Source of the DNA: Nanobdellota archaeon | Lineage (GTDB): Archaea > Nanobdellota > Nanobdellia > Parvarchaeales > Parvarchaeaceae | DNA length: 48,281 nt | Assembly: GCA_021811735.1 (NCBI GenBank) | Contig: JAJZNK010000015.1 | Span: forward strand, 1 to 48,281 | Direction: 5' to 3' | In this document: positions 9,044 to 18,063 of the stretch, in pieces | How the letters are laid out: every line of letters starts with the position of its first letter | Position numbering within the stretch: position 1 is the stretch's first letter | Program-made: the position numbers and the translations under genes | Notes under the pieces: generated by a model | What the model saw: the letters and a program-made list of their open reading frames with translations, nothing else | What the model was told of the DNA's origin: nothing | The model's database searches: none

Positions 9044-9337
9044 ATGAAAGTTTACGAGTATAAAAAAGGTAAAGTCAGAACGAAGCGTTTGGAGGACTAC
9101 GCTTTAACAAGCAAAAAATACAGAGTAATGAAAGCCCTATATAATTTAATGTTCTCGATATCTTTTGTTTCAATAGTTTTATCAGTAATTATTGCACTTT
9201 CTGTTATTTTGGTTCTATTTTATAAATTTTCCTACTTGTCTGCTGTGATAATAAACGTGCTTGCAGTTTTTATCTCCTGGCGCATATTATCATTTTTTTG
9301 GGTTAGATATAAGCACAATTTGGGTAAGACAACATAA
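9044..9337 (+). CDS. Small membrane protein (two predicted TM helices), function unknown
   Basis: The ORF-track start at 9014 lies inside the tRNA-Leu T arm, so the first ATG outside the tRNA (9044, MKVYEYKKGK...) is used. Hydrophobic segments are FSISFVSIVLSVIIALSVILVLF and AVIINVLAVFISWRILSFFW. Confidence 0.45.
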   Translation: MKVYEYKKGKVRTKRLEDYALTSKKYRVMKALYNLMFSISFVSIVLSVIIALSVILVLFYKFSYLSAVIINVLAVFISWRILSFFWVRYKHNLGKTT

Positions 9338-9373
9338 AATGACAATGCTTATAAATAATAAGGTTATAAATGA

Positions 9374-9691
<318 letters not shown>

Positions 9692-9732
9692 AATTATATT
9701 AAATATTTAAACTATCATTTCAATTCAATTAT

Positions 9733-9978
9733 ATGGTGGAGGAGAATGATGTTTTTGTGGGGGTCGCTTATCCCGCTAAACTCCAATATGAAGAACTTAG
9801 AAGAGCAGTTAACAAGGCCTCCGATTCGCTCAGTAAATTTAGCGTGAGTAACAAAAAATATGAGGAATTGCTTTATAAATTATCAGAAGATTTAACAGAT
9901 GTACATGGTTCTTTTGAATTGATATTCGAGGACTTAAACAAGTCAGCAGCTGTAAAAAATGATGCGAAACAAAGTTAA
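9733..9978 (+). CDS. Hypothetical 81-aa helical protein
   Basis: ORF only; no recognisable motif. Confidence 0.35.
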   Translation: MVEENDVFVGVAYPAKLQYEELRRAVNKASDSLSKFSVSNKKYEELLYKLSEDLTDVHGSFELIFEDLNKSAAVKNDAKQS

Positions 9979-10041
9979 TTTACAATGTTAAAATATATTT
10001 AAGCTATATATTCAGATATAATATTTATAAAATATAACTGT

Positions 10042-10146
10042 GCAGGGGTAGCGAAGCCTGGCCAAACGCGGCAGACTCAAGAAAAGTGCGCGTTTGAGCT
10101 ATCTGCTCTCTTTGTGAGTTCAAGGGTTCAAATCCCTTCCCCTGCA
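10042..10146 (+). tRNA. tRNA-Leu(CAA) with a 19-nt intron at 37/38 (intron about 10082..10100)
   Basis: Acceptor GCAGGGG/CCCCTGC with A73. D arm GCG/CGC. Anticodon stem GCAGA/TCTGC forms after intron removal; the loop is CT-CAA-GA. Intron TTTGAG pairs with exon CTCAAG (BHB-like). Variable arm TCTCTTTGTGAGTTC. T arm AAGGG-TTCAAAT-CCCTT. The mature length is 86 nt. Confidence 0.85.
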
Positions 10147-10197
10147 TTGTTTTAACGTCCATTAAAATTTGTATAGATAAACACCATATCGATATTT

Positions 10198-12588
10198 TTA
10201 ATACAGTACAGAAATCCCTCCCTCCTTTTTTAGCTTTATTACGTTATCTGCTATATTCTTCATACTGTCTTCATGTGTTACTATTATAATCTGTTTTAAA
10301 TCACGTATTTTTGTTATCGCATTAGTCAATGCGTTTATATCTTCTTTATCTAGTCCAGAAGTCGGCTCATCCATTACTACCAGCTCATTTTTTCCTACTC
10401 CTCCAAGGATAGAAGCAAGTGAGGATAGAGCAAGTCTATATGCTATCGCTACAGAAGTTTTTTCTCCGCCTGATAAAGTTCTTGCGTCAGTTTCTTCGTG
10501 GCCGGAGCTTATCACAACATTGTAATTGTTATCTATATCAATAGAATAGTCATTTTCATTTCTTAGCTCTTCAAATCTTGTCTTAAATAACGATCTAAAC
10601 TCATTTATAAATTTTAGTCTTATGTATTCTCTGATGCTCCGTATATCCTCTCTTAAATTGGATAATAATTTTAGAAGCTCTTCTTTTCTTGTTAATTTTG
10701 CTGTTATCTCCTCCTTTTTTTTCATTCTTATTTTTAATCCCGTCAGTAACAACTCATCCTCAATAATTTGTTTTTCTCTCATTTCGATTTCTTTTTTAAA
10801 TTCAGTAATTCTATAATTTATCTTGTTTATATCATCATTTATAGCGTTGTAATTCTCTTCAGATTTTTTAAGTTGGTCGTCATCAAAATTTATTTCTTTA
10901 AGCTCAGAACGAAGAGAATCTATATCGTTTGAGCCCGCTAAAAGTGATGCATTAATTTCAATGACTCGATTGTTCAGATTTTTTATTTCTATTGCGATTT
11001 TCTCTTGCTCCTGTAATAGTTTATTTTCTTCCCTCATTTCTTTAAGTGAAGCTAAAATTGTTTCAAGGTCTTCACTGCTTTTTCTATATTTTATACTCGC
11101 GTTTTTACACAAAATATTCATTTTATCTAAATCTAACACAGATAGTTTTTTTCTTACAGTATTAAGACTTTCATTTGATGAGCGTAATTTTATTTTTATT
11201 ATTTCTAATTGATTTTCAAGTTCATTTTTTGAAAATTTAATATTTTTATAAATATCATTTAGCTTAGTGATATAGCTTTCATAATCTTTAATCCTTTTTT
11301 CGTATTCTGCAGTTATATGTGAAATATCATTTATTTTACTGCCGCATAACAAACAAATCCTTTTATCTATTGAGTTTTTCATTTCGGTTTCAAGTTCTTT
11401 CTTTATATTTTGGATTTCACTAATTCTTCCCTTTAGTTCTTCTTTATTCTCTACATCAGCGGCCAAGTTTATCTGATTTTTTAATAAGTTTTCTTCGTTA
11501 ACAATCTGAGAGATTTTTTCTATTTCATTTTTTTCTTCATTTATGAGATTTTCTTTGTCATTTGTAGCTTTTTTGTAAGAGTATTCTAAGTTATAGAACT
11601 CCTCATATAGCTTTTTTACTTCTTCATTTTTTGTACTGAATTTGGTTTCAATCTCTTTTATGGTAGTTTCTATCGCGTATTTTCTTTTTTCATCAAAATT
11701 TGTTAATTTCTTGGTATAACCCTCAATTTTTTCTTCTGTTTTTTTAAATTCATCCTGAAGTTTTTCCTTTTCCTTTTCTCGCATTTTTATTTCAGTTGAA
11801 ATTCTTTCAAATCCAATTTTTTTGGATCTTTCAAGTTTTATTTCATTTTCTATATATGTTTTTACTTTAATCTTATTCTCAAGAACTAAATTTTGATTGT
11901 TGCTACTGGTTTTTATATCCTCTATCAGGTTTTTATAGTCATTTATTTTATTTTCAGTTTTAATTATCTCATTTTCATCTATGCTTAGTTCAATCTCTTT
12001 TCTGTCTAATTCTATTTCATTTTTCAATCTAGTTATAAGTTCTCTCATATTTTCATATACTGATAGATACTTGTTAAGTTGGAGGAGTCCATCTATGTAT
12101 TCTTGTTTATATTGGCCTGTTTCAAAAATTAAATTTTTTAATTCATCTTGTTTTATATAAGTTATAGTTTCAAACATTTTTAGTGGGTTTTCTGACTCTA
12201 TTTTTAGAATTTTATTAACATAAGAATTTATATCCGATGCCCTATTTTGCAAGTCTACTCTGTTTTTATTTTTATCTATATAATTCTTAGAGTCATCATT
12301 TCTAACAGCTTCGTTTAATCTTTTTAGTCCCCTACTTACTTCAAATTTGTCTTCTCCATCTTCTATTTTTATTGTTATTTTACCATCCTTTGCATTTCTT
12401 CTCAGTAAAATTTTTCCTTCATCTTTACCCTCACCTATTTTTCCAAAGAGTGCGTATTCGATGGACATTAATATTGAAGATTTACCGCTCCCAGTGTTAC
12501 CAGTTATTATGTTTATGCCTTCAATAAATTTTACAGTAGTTCTATTGTGGCTTCTTATATTTTCTAGATAGATATCTGAGATTATCAT
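10198..12588 (-). CDS. rad50: DNA double-strand break repair ATPase Rad50
   Basis: Walker A GNTGSGKSS; very long K/E/N/I-rich coiled coil with a central CxxC zinc hook (CLLCGS); signature LSGGEK; Walker B LVVMDEPTSGLD. Overlaps mre11 by 4 nt. Confidence 0.9.
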   Translation of the reverse strand: MIISDIYLENIRSHNRTTVKFIEGINIITGNTGSGKSSILMSIEYALFGKIGEGKDEGKILLRRNAKDGKITIKIEDGEDKFEVSRGLKRLNEAVRNDDSKNYIDKNKNRVDLQNRASDINSYVNKILKIESENPLKMFETITYIKQDELKNLIFETGQYKQEYIDGLLQLNKYLSVYENMRELITRLKNEIELDRKEIELSIDENEIIKTENKINDYKNLIEDIKTSSNNQNLVLENKIKVKTYIENEIKLERSKKIGFERISTEIKMREKEKEKLQDEFKKTEEKIEGYTKKLTNFDEKRKYAIETTIKEIETKFSTKNEEVKKLYEEFYNLEYSYKKATNDKENLINEEKNEIEKISQIVNEENLLKNQINLAADVENKEELKGRISEIQNIKKELETEMKNSIDKRICLLCGSKINDISHITAEYEKRIKDYESYITKLNDIYKNIKFSKNELENQLEIIKIKLRSSNESLNTVRKKLSVLDLDKMNILCKNASIKYRKSSEDLETILASLKEMREENKLLQEQEKIAIEIKNLNNRVIEINASLLAGSNDIDSLRSELKEINFDDDQLKKSEENYNAINDDINKINYRITEFKKEIEMREKQIIEDELLLTGLKIRMKKKEEITAKLTRKEELLKLLSNLREDIRSIREYIRLKFINEFRSLFKTRFEELRNENDYSIDIDNNYNVVISSGHEETDARTLSGGEKTSVAIAYRLALSSLASILGGVGKNELVVMDEPTSGLDKEDINALTNAITKIRDLKQIIIVTHEDSMKNIADNVIKLKKEGGISVLY

Positions 12589-13745
12589 GAGTAAAATAAC
12601 CCCTCTATATAATTTTTAACAGTATCTGTTTTATCACTTGTAGTGTCCATTAAGTATTTACCTATCATAATTTCTTTATCAGAATATCCCTTACTTCTTA
12701 AAAATTCCTCTTCTACGCTAGAAATATCTTCATTTTTTAGGTTATCGGCGTCTAAGATAACATCTTTATCGAGTAACTTTGATTTGTTTATACTAATGTA
12801 AGAATACCCGAGTTCATATCCAATATTTTTTATTTTGACTGCGTTTATCTCTGATATTTTTCCATTTATCTTGCCAGATATTTTTATTACAAGTATATCT
12901 CCATCGTTTTTTGTAAGATTATCTGTAGCCTCTTTTTCAATTTCATTACTAGTTTTATTGTCGGCGTTGATAGTAAATATGTGCTTTTTTCGCGTTTTTA
13001 TTACTTGATAGATTATTGAATGTATCCCATTTTCATCGTAATCAATTACATAAAAACCTCTGTTAGGGTTATCCACTATCTCCTTTTCATCGCAGTATTC
13101 TAATGATCCAGGGTATTGTATTATCCCATTATCGTAGGGAATATTTTCCATATGTCCATGCCAATGTCCTGCTGCATAATAATCAAATCCTTTAGGCAGG
13201 CTTTCGGTTTCTAGGTCTTTAAATTTTTCACCTAAGAAAGATATTGTGTGATGAAACACAAAGATTTTAACGTGCGCAGAATTGTCCATGTTCACATTTA
13301 GTTTTTTGAAAATTTCATCTTCTACTCGACTTCTTTTTCCTTTTATACCACATATAAATGCTTCTTTGTAAGTTTCACCTGACAGGTTGATTTTCTCTCC
13401 AAGATCTAGATACTTGTCCGAATTTAGGTTGATCAATAATCCATTTCTATGAAAAAGTTCTATAATGCTTTTTTCTTCACCTATTCCAACATCGTGTGAT
13501 CCAGGGATTATAAACAGTGGGATATGTTCTCTTTTGAGTCTGTTTAGCTCGTCTGTTACAAATAGTAGTGCGTCAAGCGGCGGAGTACCAATATCAAATA
13601 AATCTCCAGAATGAACAATAAAATCTATTTTATTCTTTATTGCGTAGTCTATCAACTGTATAAATGCATTTTTTATATCTTTATTTCGAGTATCGTTTTT
13701 GTAAACCTGTCCTATGTGGGTGTCTCCAACATGTATAAATTTCAT
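12585..13745 (-). CDS. mre11: DNA repair nuclease Mre11 (calcineurin-like phosphoesterase)
   Basis: Phosphoesterase motifs HVGDTHIG, HSGDLFD, GSHD, HH and GHWH; located immediately upstream of rad50. Confidence 0.88.
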   Translation of the reverse strand: MKFIHVGDTHIGQVYKNDTRNKDIKNAFIQLIDYAIKNKIDFIVHSGDLFDIGTPPLDALLFVTDELNRLKREHIPLFIIPGSHDVGIGEEKSIIELFHRNGLLINLNSDKYLDLGEKINLSGETYKEAFICGIKGKRSRVEDEIFKKLNVNMDNSAHVKIFVFHHTISFLGEKFKDLETESLPKGFDYYAAGHWHGHMENIPYDNGIIQYPGSLEYCDEKEIVDNPNRGFYVIDYDENGIHSIIYQVIKTRKKHIFTINADNKTSNEIEKEATDNLTKNDGDILVIKISGKINGKISEINAVKIKNIGYELGYSYISINKSKLLDKDVILDADNLKNEDISSVEEEFLRSKGYSDKEIMIGKYLMDTTSDKTDTVKNYIEGLFYS

Positions 13746-13800
13746 TCTTATTAACCTCAGTCAGTAAATTAAAATTTATTTTGGTAGATAATATACTATG

Positions 13801-13808
13801 TTTATATA
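13801..13808 (+). promoter_or_regulatory. TATA-box-like element for a leaderless tyrS transcript
   Basis: TTTATATA is centred about 26 nt upstream of the ATG at 13831. The ORF-track ATG at 13798 immediately abuts this element. Confidence 0.4.
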
Positions 13809-13830
13809 CTCTAATAGGTTTTATATAATA

Positions 13831-14850
13831 ATGGATTTGGGAGATCGTTTTGACCTTATAAAAAGAAATACGTCTGAAATAATAACCGAGGATAATCTTA
13901 AAAACCTTCTTAGCAGCGGCAAACCACTATCTGTTTATATAGGTAGAGCTCCAACTGGGTCCATTCATTTAGGACATCTCGTAGCCCTAGGAAAACTTTT
14001 CGATTTTGAGAGAGCAAGTATAAAGCCAAAGATATTGATAGCAGATCTTCACGCAGCATTAGACGATTTAAAATCAAAATGGGAAGAATTGGACAAAAGA
14101 GTAGATTATACAAAAAAATGTATAGAACTTGCATTTGACTGGGAAAGAACGCCTGAATTTGTTAGAGGCTCAGATTTTCAATTAAGCCAGGCATACGTTT
14201 CAGATGTACTAAAACTTTCAACAATAACTACAGTTGAAAAGGCATTACATGCAGCTTCTGAGGTAACAAGAATGAAGAATCCAAAAGTGAGTGAGCTTAT
14301 CTACCCCATAATGCAGTCATTGGATGAAGAATACTTGGATGTTGACATACAATTGGGTGGTACAGATCAAAGGCACATATTTACATATGCACGAGAATAT
14401 CTTGAAAAGTTAGGTTACAGAAAAAGAGTAGAAGTTCTTACACCACTTATAGCCTCAATAAGGGGGCCAGGTACAAAAATGTCTTCTTCGGTTCCGGAGA
14501 GCAATATAAAAATATATGATTCCGAAGAATCAGTTAAGAAGAAAATAATGAACGGCTACTGTCCAGAAGGAGTAGTGGAAGATAATTTCATAATACAACT
14601 TATAAACTTCTTTATATTGCCAAATGATGGCACTTTTCACATTGAAAGGGATGCAAAATTTGGTGGGAATATTGACATAAACTCTTCCGAACAGTTGATA
14701 AAGTTGTACACGGAGAAAAAAATCCATCCTCTGGACCTTAAAAATTCAGTCGCAGAAAATCTTATAAAAAGATTTAAAAACGCAAGAGATTACTTTGAAA
14801 GACAGACAGATTTGCTAGAGGGGTTAGGTAAAAGTTTCTTACCTTATTAA
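13831..14850 (+). CDS. tyrS: Tyrosyl-tRNA synthetase (archaeal type)
   Basis: The N-terminus MDLGDRFDLIKRNTSEIITEDNLKNLL is typical of archaeal TyrRS. HIGH-type motif PTGSIHLGH, GGTDQR, and a KMSKS-type motif KMSSS. The start was moved from 13798 to 13831 on family N-terminus and TATA spacing. Confidence 0.82.
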   Translation: MDLGDRFDLIKRNTSEIITEDNLKNLLSSGKPLSVYIGRAPTGSIHLGHLVALGKLFDFERASIKPKILIADLHAALDDLKSKWEELDKRVDYTKKCIELAFDWERTPEFVRGSDFQLSQAYVSDVLKLSTITTVEKALHAASEVTRMKNPKVSELIYPIMQSLDEEYLDVDIQLGGTDQRHIFTYAREYLEKLGYRKRVEVLTPLIASIRGPGTKMSSSVPESNIKIYDSEESVKKKIMNGYCPEGVVEDNFIIQLINFFILPNDGTFHIERDAKFGGNIDINSSEQLIKLYTEKKIHPLDLKNSVAENLIKRFKNARDYFERQTDLLEGLGKSFLPY

Positions 14851-15248
14851 TGATGGGAGAAACCTTTTCATTCGTTGAGGATGTTCAAATATATGATACA
14901 GATGCCCAGGGAGTGGTTCACTATTCTGGTTATTATAGATTTTTTACGGACGCAATGCATGAGTTTGTAAAATCCAAAGGTTATAAATTTCCATTTATAG
15001 ATGACAAACACTGGTTTGTTGTTTTAGAATCAAATGCAAAATACTTAAATTCAGCAAAAGTTGGGGATACGCTAGACATAAATTTAACGGTAAATTCTGT
15101 ATCAAAGAAGATAATAAGATTTGATTTTGACATAAAAAGAGGGCAGGAGCAAATATGTCAAGGGTACGTCCTTCATATATGCATAGATAAAGATAAATGG
15201 AAATCAGCGGATATTCCAGATAATATTTTAAATGAATTAACTAAATAA
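14850..15248 (+). CDS. Hotdog-fold acyl-CoA thioesterase (4HBT/YbgC-like)
   Basis: VQIYDTDAQGVVHYSGYYRFF matches the catalytic-Asp N-terminal motif of YbgC/4HBT thioesterases; 132 aa. The TAATG junction overlaps the tyrS stop. Confidence 0.7.
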   Translation: MMGETFSFVEDVQIYDTDAQGVVHYSGYYRFFTDAMHEFVKSKGYKFPFIDDKHWFVVLESNAKYLNSAKVGDTLDINLTVNSVSKKIIRFDFDIKRGQEQICQGYVLHICIDKDKWKSADIPDNILNELTK

Positions 15249-15893
15249 ATCAAGAGTTTTATTTTCGTTTTCTTTGATAGTAGACCAGCTTTTCCTTATT
15301 AAACTATCATACGGCTCTTCTTTTATTTTTCCGTTGTTTTTTATTATCTTCAAGAATTCAACGGTACGAGGGTCAGAGGGGTAACCACTGCCAAAATCAT
15401 ATCTAAATATTTTTTTTATATTATCAACTTCTCGTTCCCTTTCTGCTTTTGCAATTATGGATGCAGCAGATACCTCAATATGATTTCTATCAGCATAGTT
15501 TTCAGCGATGATTGCTTTTTTAACTACAATTTTTTGCATGTAAGCTTTAATCTTTTCCGTATTACGACTAGGTGAATCTATTATAACCGTCTCTCCATTT
15601 AGATTATTTGCAATAAACGCCATGTTATCTAGTTCAAGATAATTTAGATTCTTACCATGTTCAAATCTTTTATCTATGTCTTTTGGAGAGATTTTAATAG
15701 TCAGGTAATTTTCAGTAGTTTTTTTTATTTCTCTTTCCAGCAAATATATCCTTTTTAAACTTAAAAGTTTTGAATCCTTTATCCCAAGAAGTTTAAATTT
15801 TTCCGCACTTTGTTCATCGATTCCAACACCTGCAATCGTCATGGGCCCAATCACAGGACCTCTACCAGCTTCATCAATACCGATAGTTATCAT
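15237..15893 (-). CDS. rnhB: Ribonuclease HII
   Basis: IGIDEAGRGPVIGPM active-site motif, DSK, ASIIAK; 218 aa. Confidence 0.9.
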   Translation of the reverse strand: MITIGIDEAGRGPVIGPMTIAGVGIDEQSAEKFKLLGIKDSKLLSLKRIYLLEREIKKTTENYLTIKISPKDIDKRFEHGKNLNYLELDNMAFIANNLNGETVIIDSPSRNTEKIKAYMQKIVVKKAIIAENYADRNHIEVSAASIIAKAEREREVDNIKKIFRYDFGSGYPSDPRTVEFLKIIKNNGKIKEEPYDSLIRKSWSTIKENENKTLDLFS

Positions 15894-16214
15894 TTAACCA
15901 CGACTTTTGCCAAGCTCATCCGCTCTAAACTTAGCATGTCCAAATTGAATTATCGCTTTTATACCAAATTTTTCAAGGCCGATTGGGATATCACAAGCAC
16001 CATACGTGCTTCCGCCCCAGATATACACTTCGGCATTTGAGTTCTTACTTATCATATCTGCTATGTCTAAAGAATGGAGTTTAAATCCATCTGGTATTTG
16101 TACAACTACTTTATCATACTTTTTTTCCTTTATGTGGTCGATTATATCGTCAAAGTCAACGTCATACTTATTCGTTATATATCTCAGTCCATCATTTTCT
16201 ATATTGTATTTCAT
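15894..16214 (-). CDS. Dph2-like (diphthamide synthesis, radical SAM-type) N-terminal fragment; possible gene remnant or split gene
   Basis: VVVQIPDGFKLHSLDIADMI...WGGSTYGACDIP...IIQFGHAKF resembles the first domain of archaeal Dph2 (about 330-340 aa). This ORF is only 106 aa. Its TAA (15894-15896) directly abuts the rnhB ATG (15893). Confidence 0.5.
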   Translation of the reverse strand: MKYNIENDGLRYITNKYDVDFDDIIDHIKEKKYDKVVVQIPDGFKLHSLDIADMISKNSNAEVYIWGGSTYGACDIPIGLEKFGIKAIIQFGHAKFRADELGKSRG

Positions 16215-16272
16215 TAATTTCTTACGTTTTTTGGTATTTAAATTATTTATTTTTATAGTTACAATTCAAATA

Positions 16273-16932
16273 GTGGATGATAATAATTTTGTAAAAATTG
16301 TAAAAATATTAGAGACAATATATAGCGAAACTGGGAGAAGAGAAGAACCATTCGAAATACTGATTCATGGAATAATGTCGACTAGGACAAAAGATACAAC
16401 TACTTTTCCTGCACAGAAAAGACTTCTTTTGATAGCAAATACTCCAGAAAAGATATCTAAAATGAGCGTTGGCAGGATTGAAAGACTAATTTATCCAGTT
16501 GGTTTTTATAAAACAAAGGCAAAACTGTTGAAGAAAGCATGTAAATTTATAATAAAAAACTTCGATTCGAACGTACCCTCAAACAAAAATGATTTGATGG
16601 AAATACCAGGTGTTGGGCCAAAAGTTGCTAGTTTGGTACTGGAATGGGGTTTTGGAATGCCTTACATTGCAGTTGATACACATGTAAACAGAGTGGCTCA
16701 AAGAATAGGCTTAGTTCCTTTTGGTACAAAACCTGAAAAAACAGAGGAAGTGATGGAAAATATATTGGATGATTCTACAAAGATCAGTGTAAATACGACT
16801 CTTATTAAGTTCGGAAGAACCATATGCAAACCTATATCTCCCGTATGCAACAACTGCCCAGTTTATGATTACTGCGGGTTTAAGCTTAAGAAAAAATACT
16901 ATAAGTTGTGGGCTAGTAGGGTTAAGCATTAA
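16273..16932 (+). CDS. nth: Endonuclease III-family DNA glycosylase (HhH-GPD with a C-terminal [4Fe-4S] loop)
   Basis: PFEILIHGIMSTRTKD, the HhH LMEIPGVGPKVASLVL, VDTHVNRV, and the cluster CKPISPVCNNCPVYDYC. The ORF-track N-terminus (16006-16272) is antisense to the Dph2-like ORF and looks non-coding. GTG 16273 is the proposed start, with a TATA-like ATTTTTATAG about 25 nt upstream. Confidence 0.8.
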   Translation: MDDNNFVKIVKILETIYSETGRREEPFEILIHGIMSTRTKDTTTFPAQKRLLLIANTPEKISKMSVGRIERLIYPVGFYKTKAKLLKKACKFIIKNFDSNVPSNKNDLMEIPGVGPKVASLVLEWGFGMPYIAVDTHVNRVAQRIGLVPFGTKPEKTEEVMENILDDSTKISVNTTLIKFGRTICKPISPVCNNCPVYDYCGFKLKKKYYKLWASRVKH

Positions 16933-16957
16933 AATATTGGTATCTATATCATTAACT

Positions 16958-17710
16958 ATGGAAGGCAAACTAAAAGACCTCTTTTTACCAATAGTCTATG
17001 GGCTAGAATCAATTTTGGATGCAAGCTCATTTTTGGTTTTTTTGACGATTTTCTTAGTTATGTTTGTAGTGGGTTTTTTTGTAATAATAAACTATCTGGA
17101 GCTTGGAGCATTCATAGGTAAAACAATTTATTCTCCTTCTTTATACATAATATTTGCGGGCGAGATGGCCTTTATCGTATCGATTCTTGTAATTATTTTT
17201 TCTATTTGTATATTGTTTTATTATAAGATGTATTACATTGTCTCTAAAAATCTAAAATTCACCAATCTTTTGCGCGGGTCAATCTCAACGTTTCCAAAAT
17301 TCATTATAGCAACCTTTGTACAATTTGTGGTATCGATTATTGGGCTGGTGGCATTTATAGTGCCAGGGGTTTACTATGGCAGTTCTTTGATGTTTTTTGG
17401 ATTTTTCTGCACCTATAATAATTCAACAATTTATTCTGCCTACTCGCATAGTAGAGGCCTTGCAAAAAGTATACGTTTAAAATCAATGATTTCATTTTTT
17501 GTTTATCTAGTTCTTTTATTCGTGGCAGTCTACATCTTAATTATGATAAATATCGAATTCGTGTATCGTGGCCTTTTCGTCACCTTGTTTTTATCATATT
17601 GGGTTGTAAGCTATAGTAACACTGTTTTTGTTCTGGCTGACAAAAACTATAGCTTACCCGCGAGCGAATCCCACATTAGCCACATTATAGGGAGGTATCT
17701 GCGCCAATAA
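16958..17710 (+). CDS. Polytopic membrane protein, function unknown
   Basis: About six hydrophobic segments. The start is set at the first ATG after the nth stop (MEGKLKDLF...). Confidence 0.45.
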   Translation: MEGKLKDLFLPIVYGLESILDASSFLVFLTIFLVMFVVGFFVIINYLELGAFIGKTIYSPSLYIIFAGEMAFIVSILVIIFSICILFYYKMYYIVSKNLKFTNLLRGSISTFPKFIIATFVQFVVSIIGLVAFIVPGVYYGSSLMFFGFFCTYNNSTIYSAYSHSRGLAKSIRLKSMISFFVYLVLLFVAVYILIMINIEFVYRGLFVTLFLSYWVVSYSNTVFVLADKNYSLPASESHISHIIGRYLRQ

Positions 17711-17828
17711 AATTCGTATTTAATCGTAGTGAATATGAATGTATAACATAAAATTTAATAATAGAAAAGCTTAAATACTATAACTATAATAGAATTGAAT
17801 TATAAATTATACTTAAAGGGGTCTGTGC

Positions 17829-18062
17829 TTGGATATCGACGTATTTAGTAACCGTTTGTCACCGCAATATAGAATTATGCAAAAAGAGGAAGTAGACAAA
17901 CTTCTGGAGAAGTATAATGTTTCTTTGAAAGACCTTCCAAAAATAAAGTCTAATGATCCTGCCGTAAAGCAGCTCTGTGCAAATGAAGGAGAAGTTATAG
18001 AGATAAAACGAAAAAGTGCTACGGCTGGAGATTACAGTTATTATAGGTTTGTGGTGAAATAA
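17829..18062 (+). CDS. rpoH: DNA-directed RNA polymerase subunit H (Rpb5 homologue)
   Basis: The pattern ...QYRIMQKEEVDKLLEKYNVSLKDLPKIKSNDPAV...GEVIEIKRKSATAGDYSYYRFVV matches the RpoH consensus. TTG start; first gene of the rpo block. Confidence 0.88.
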   Translation: MDIDVFSNRLSPQYRIMQKEEVDKLLEKYNVSLKDLPKIKSNDPAVKQLCANEGEVIEIKRKSATAGDYSYYRFVVK

Positions 18063-18063
18063 G

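Noticed and set aside
16006-16272. N-terminal 89 aa of the 308-aa ORF-track entry for the endonuclease III gene
   Set aside because: This part is antisense to the Dph2-like ORF and has a hydrophobic, low-complexity composition with no family similarity. Endonuclease III similarity starts near the GTG at 16273, which also has a TATA-like box about 25 nt upstream.
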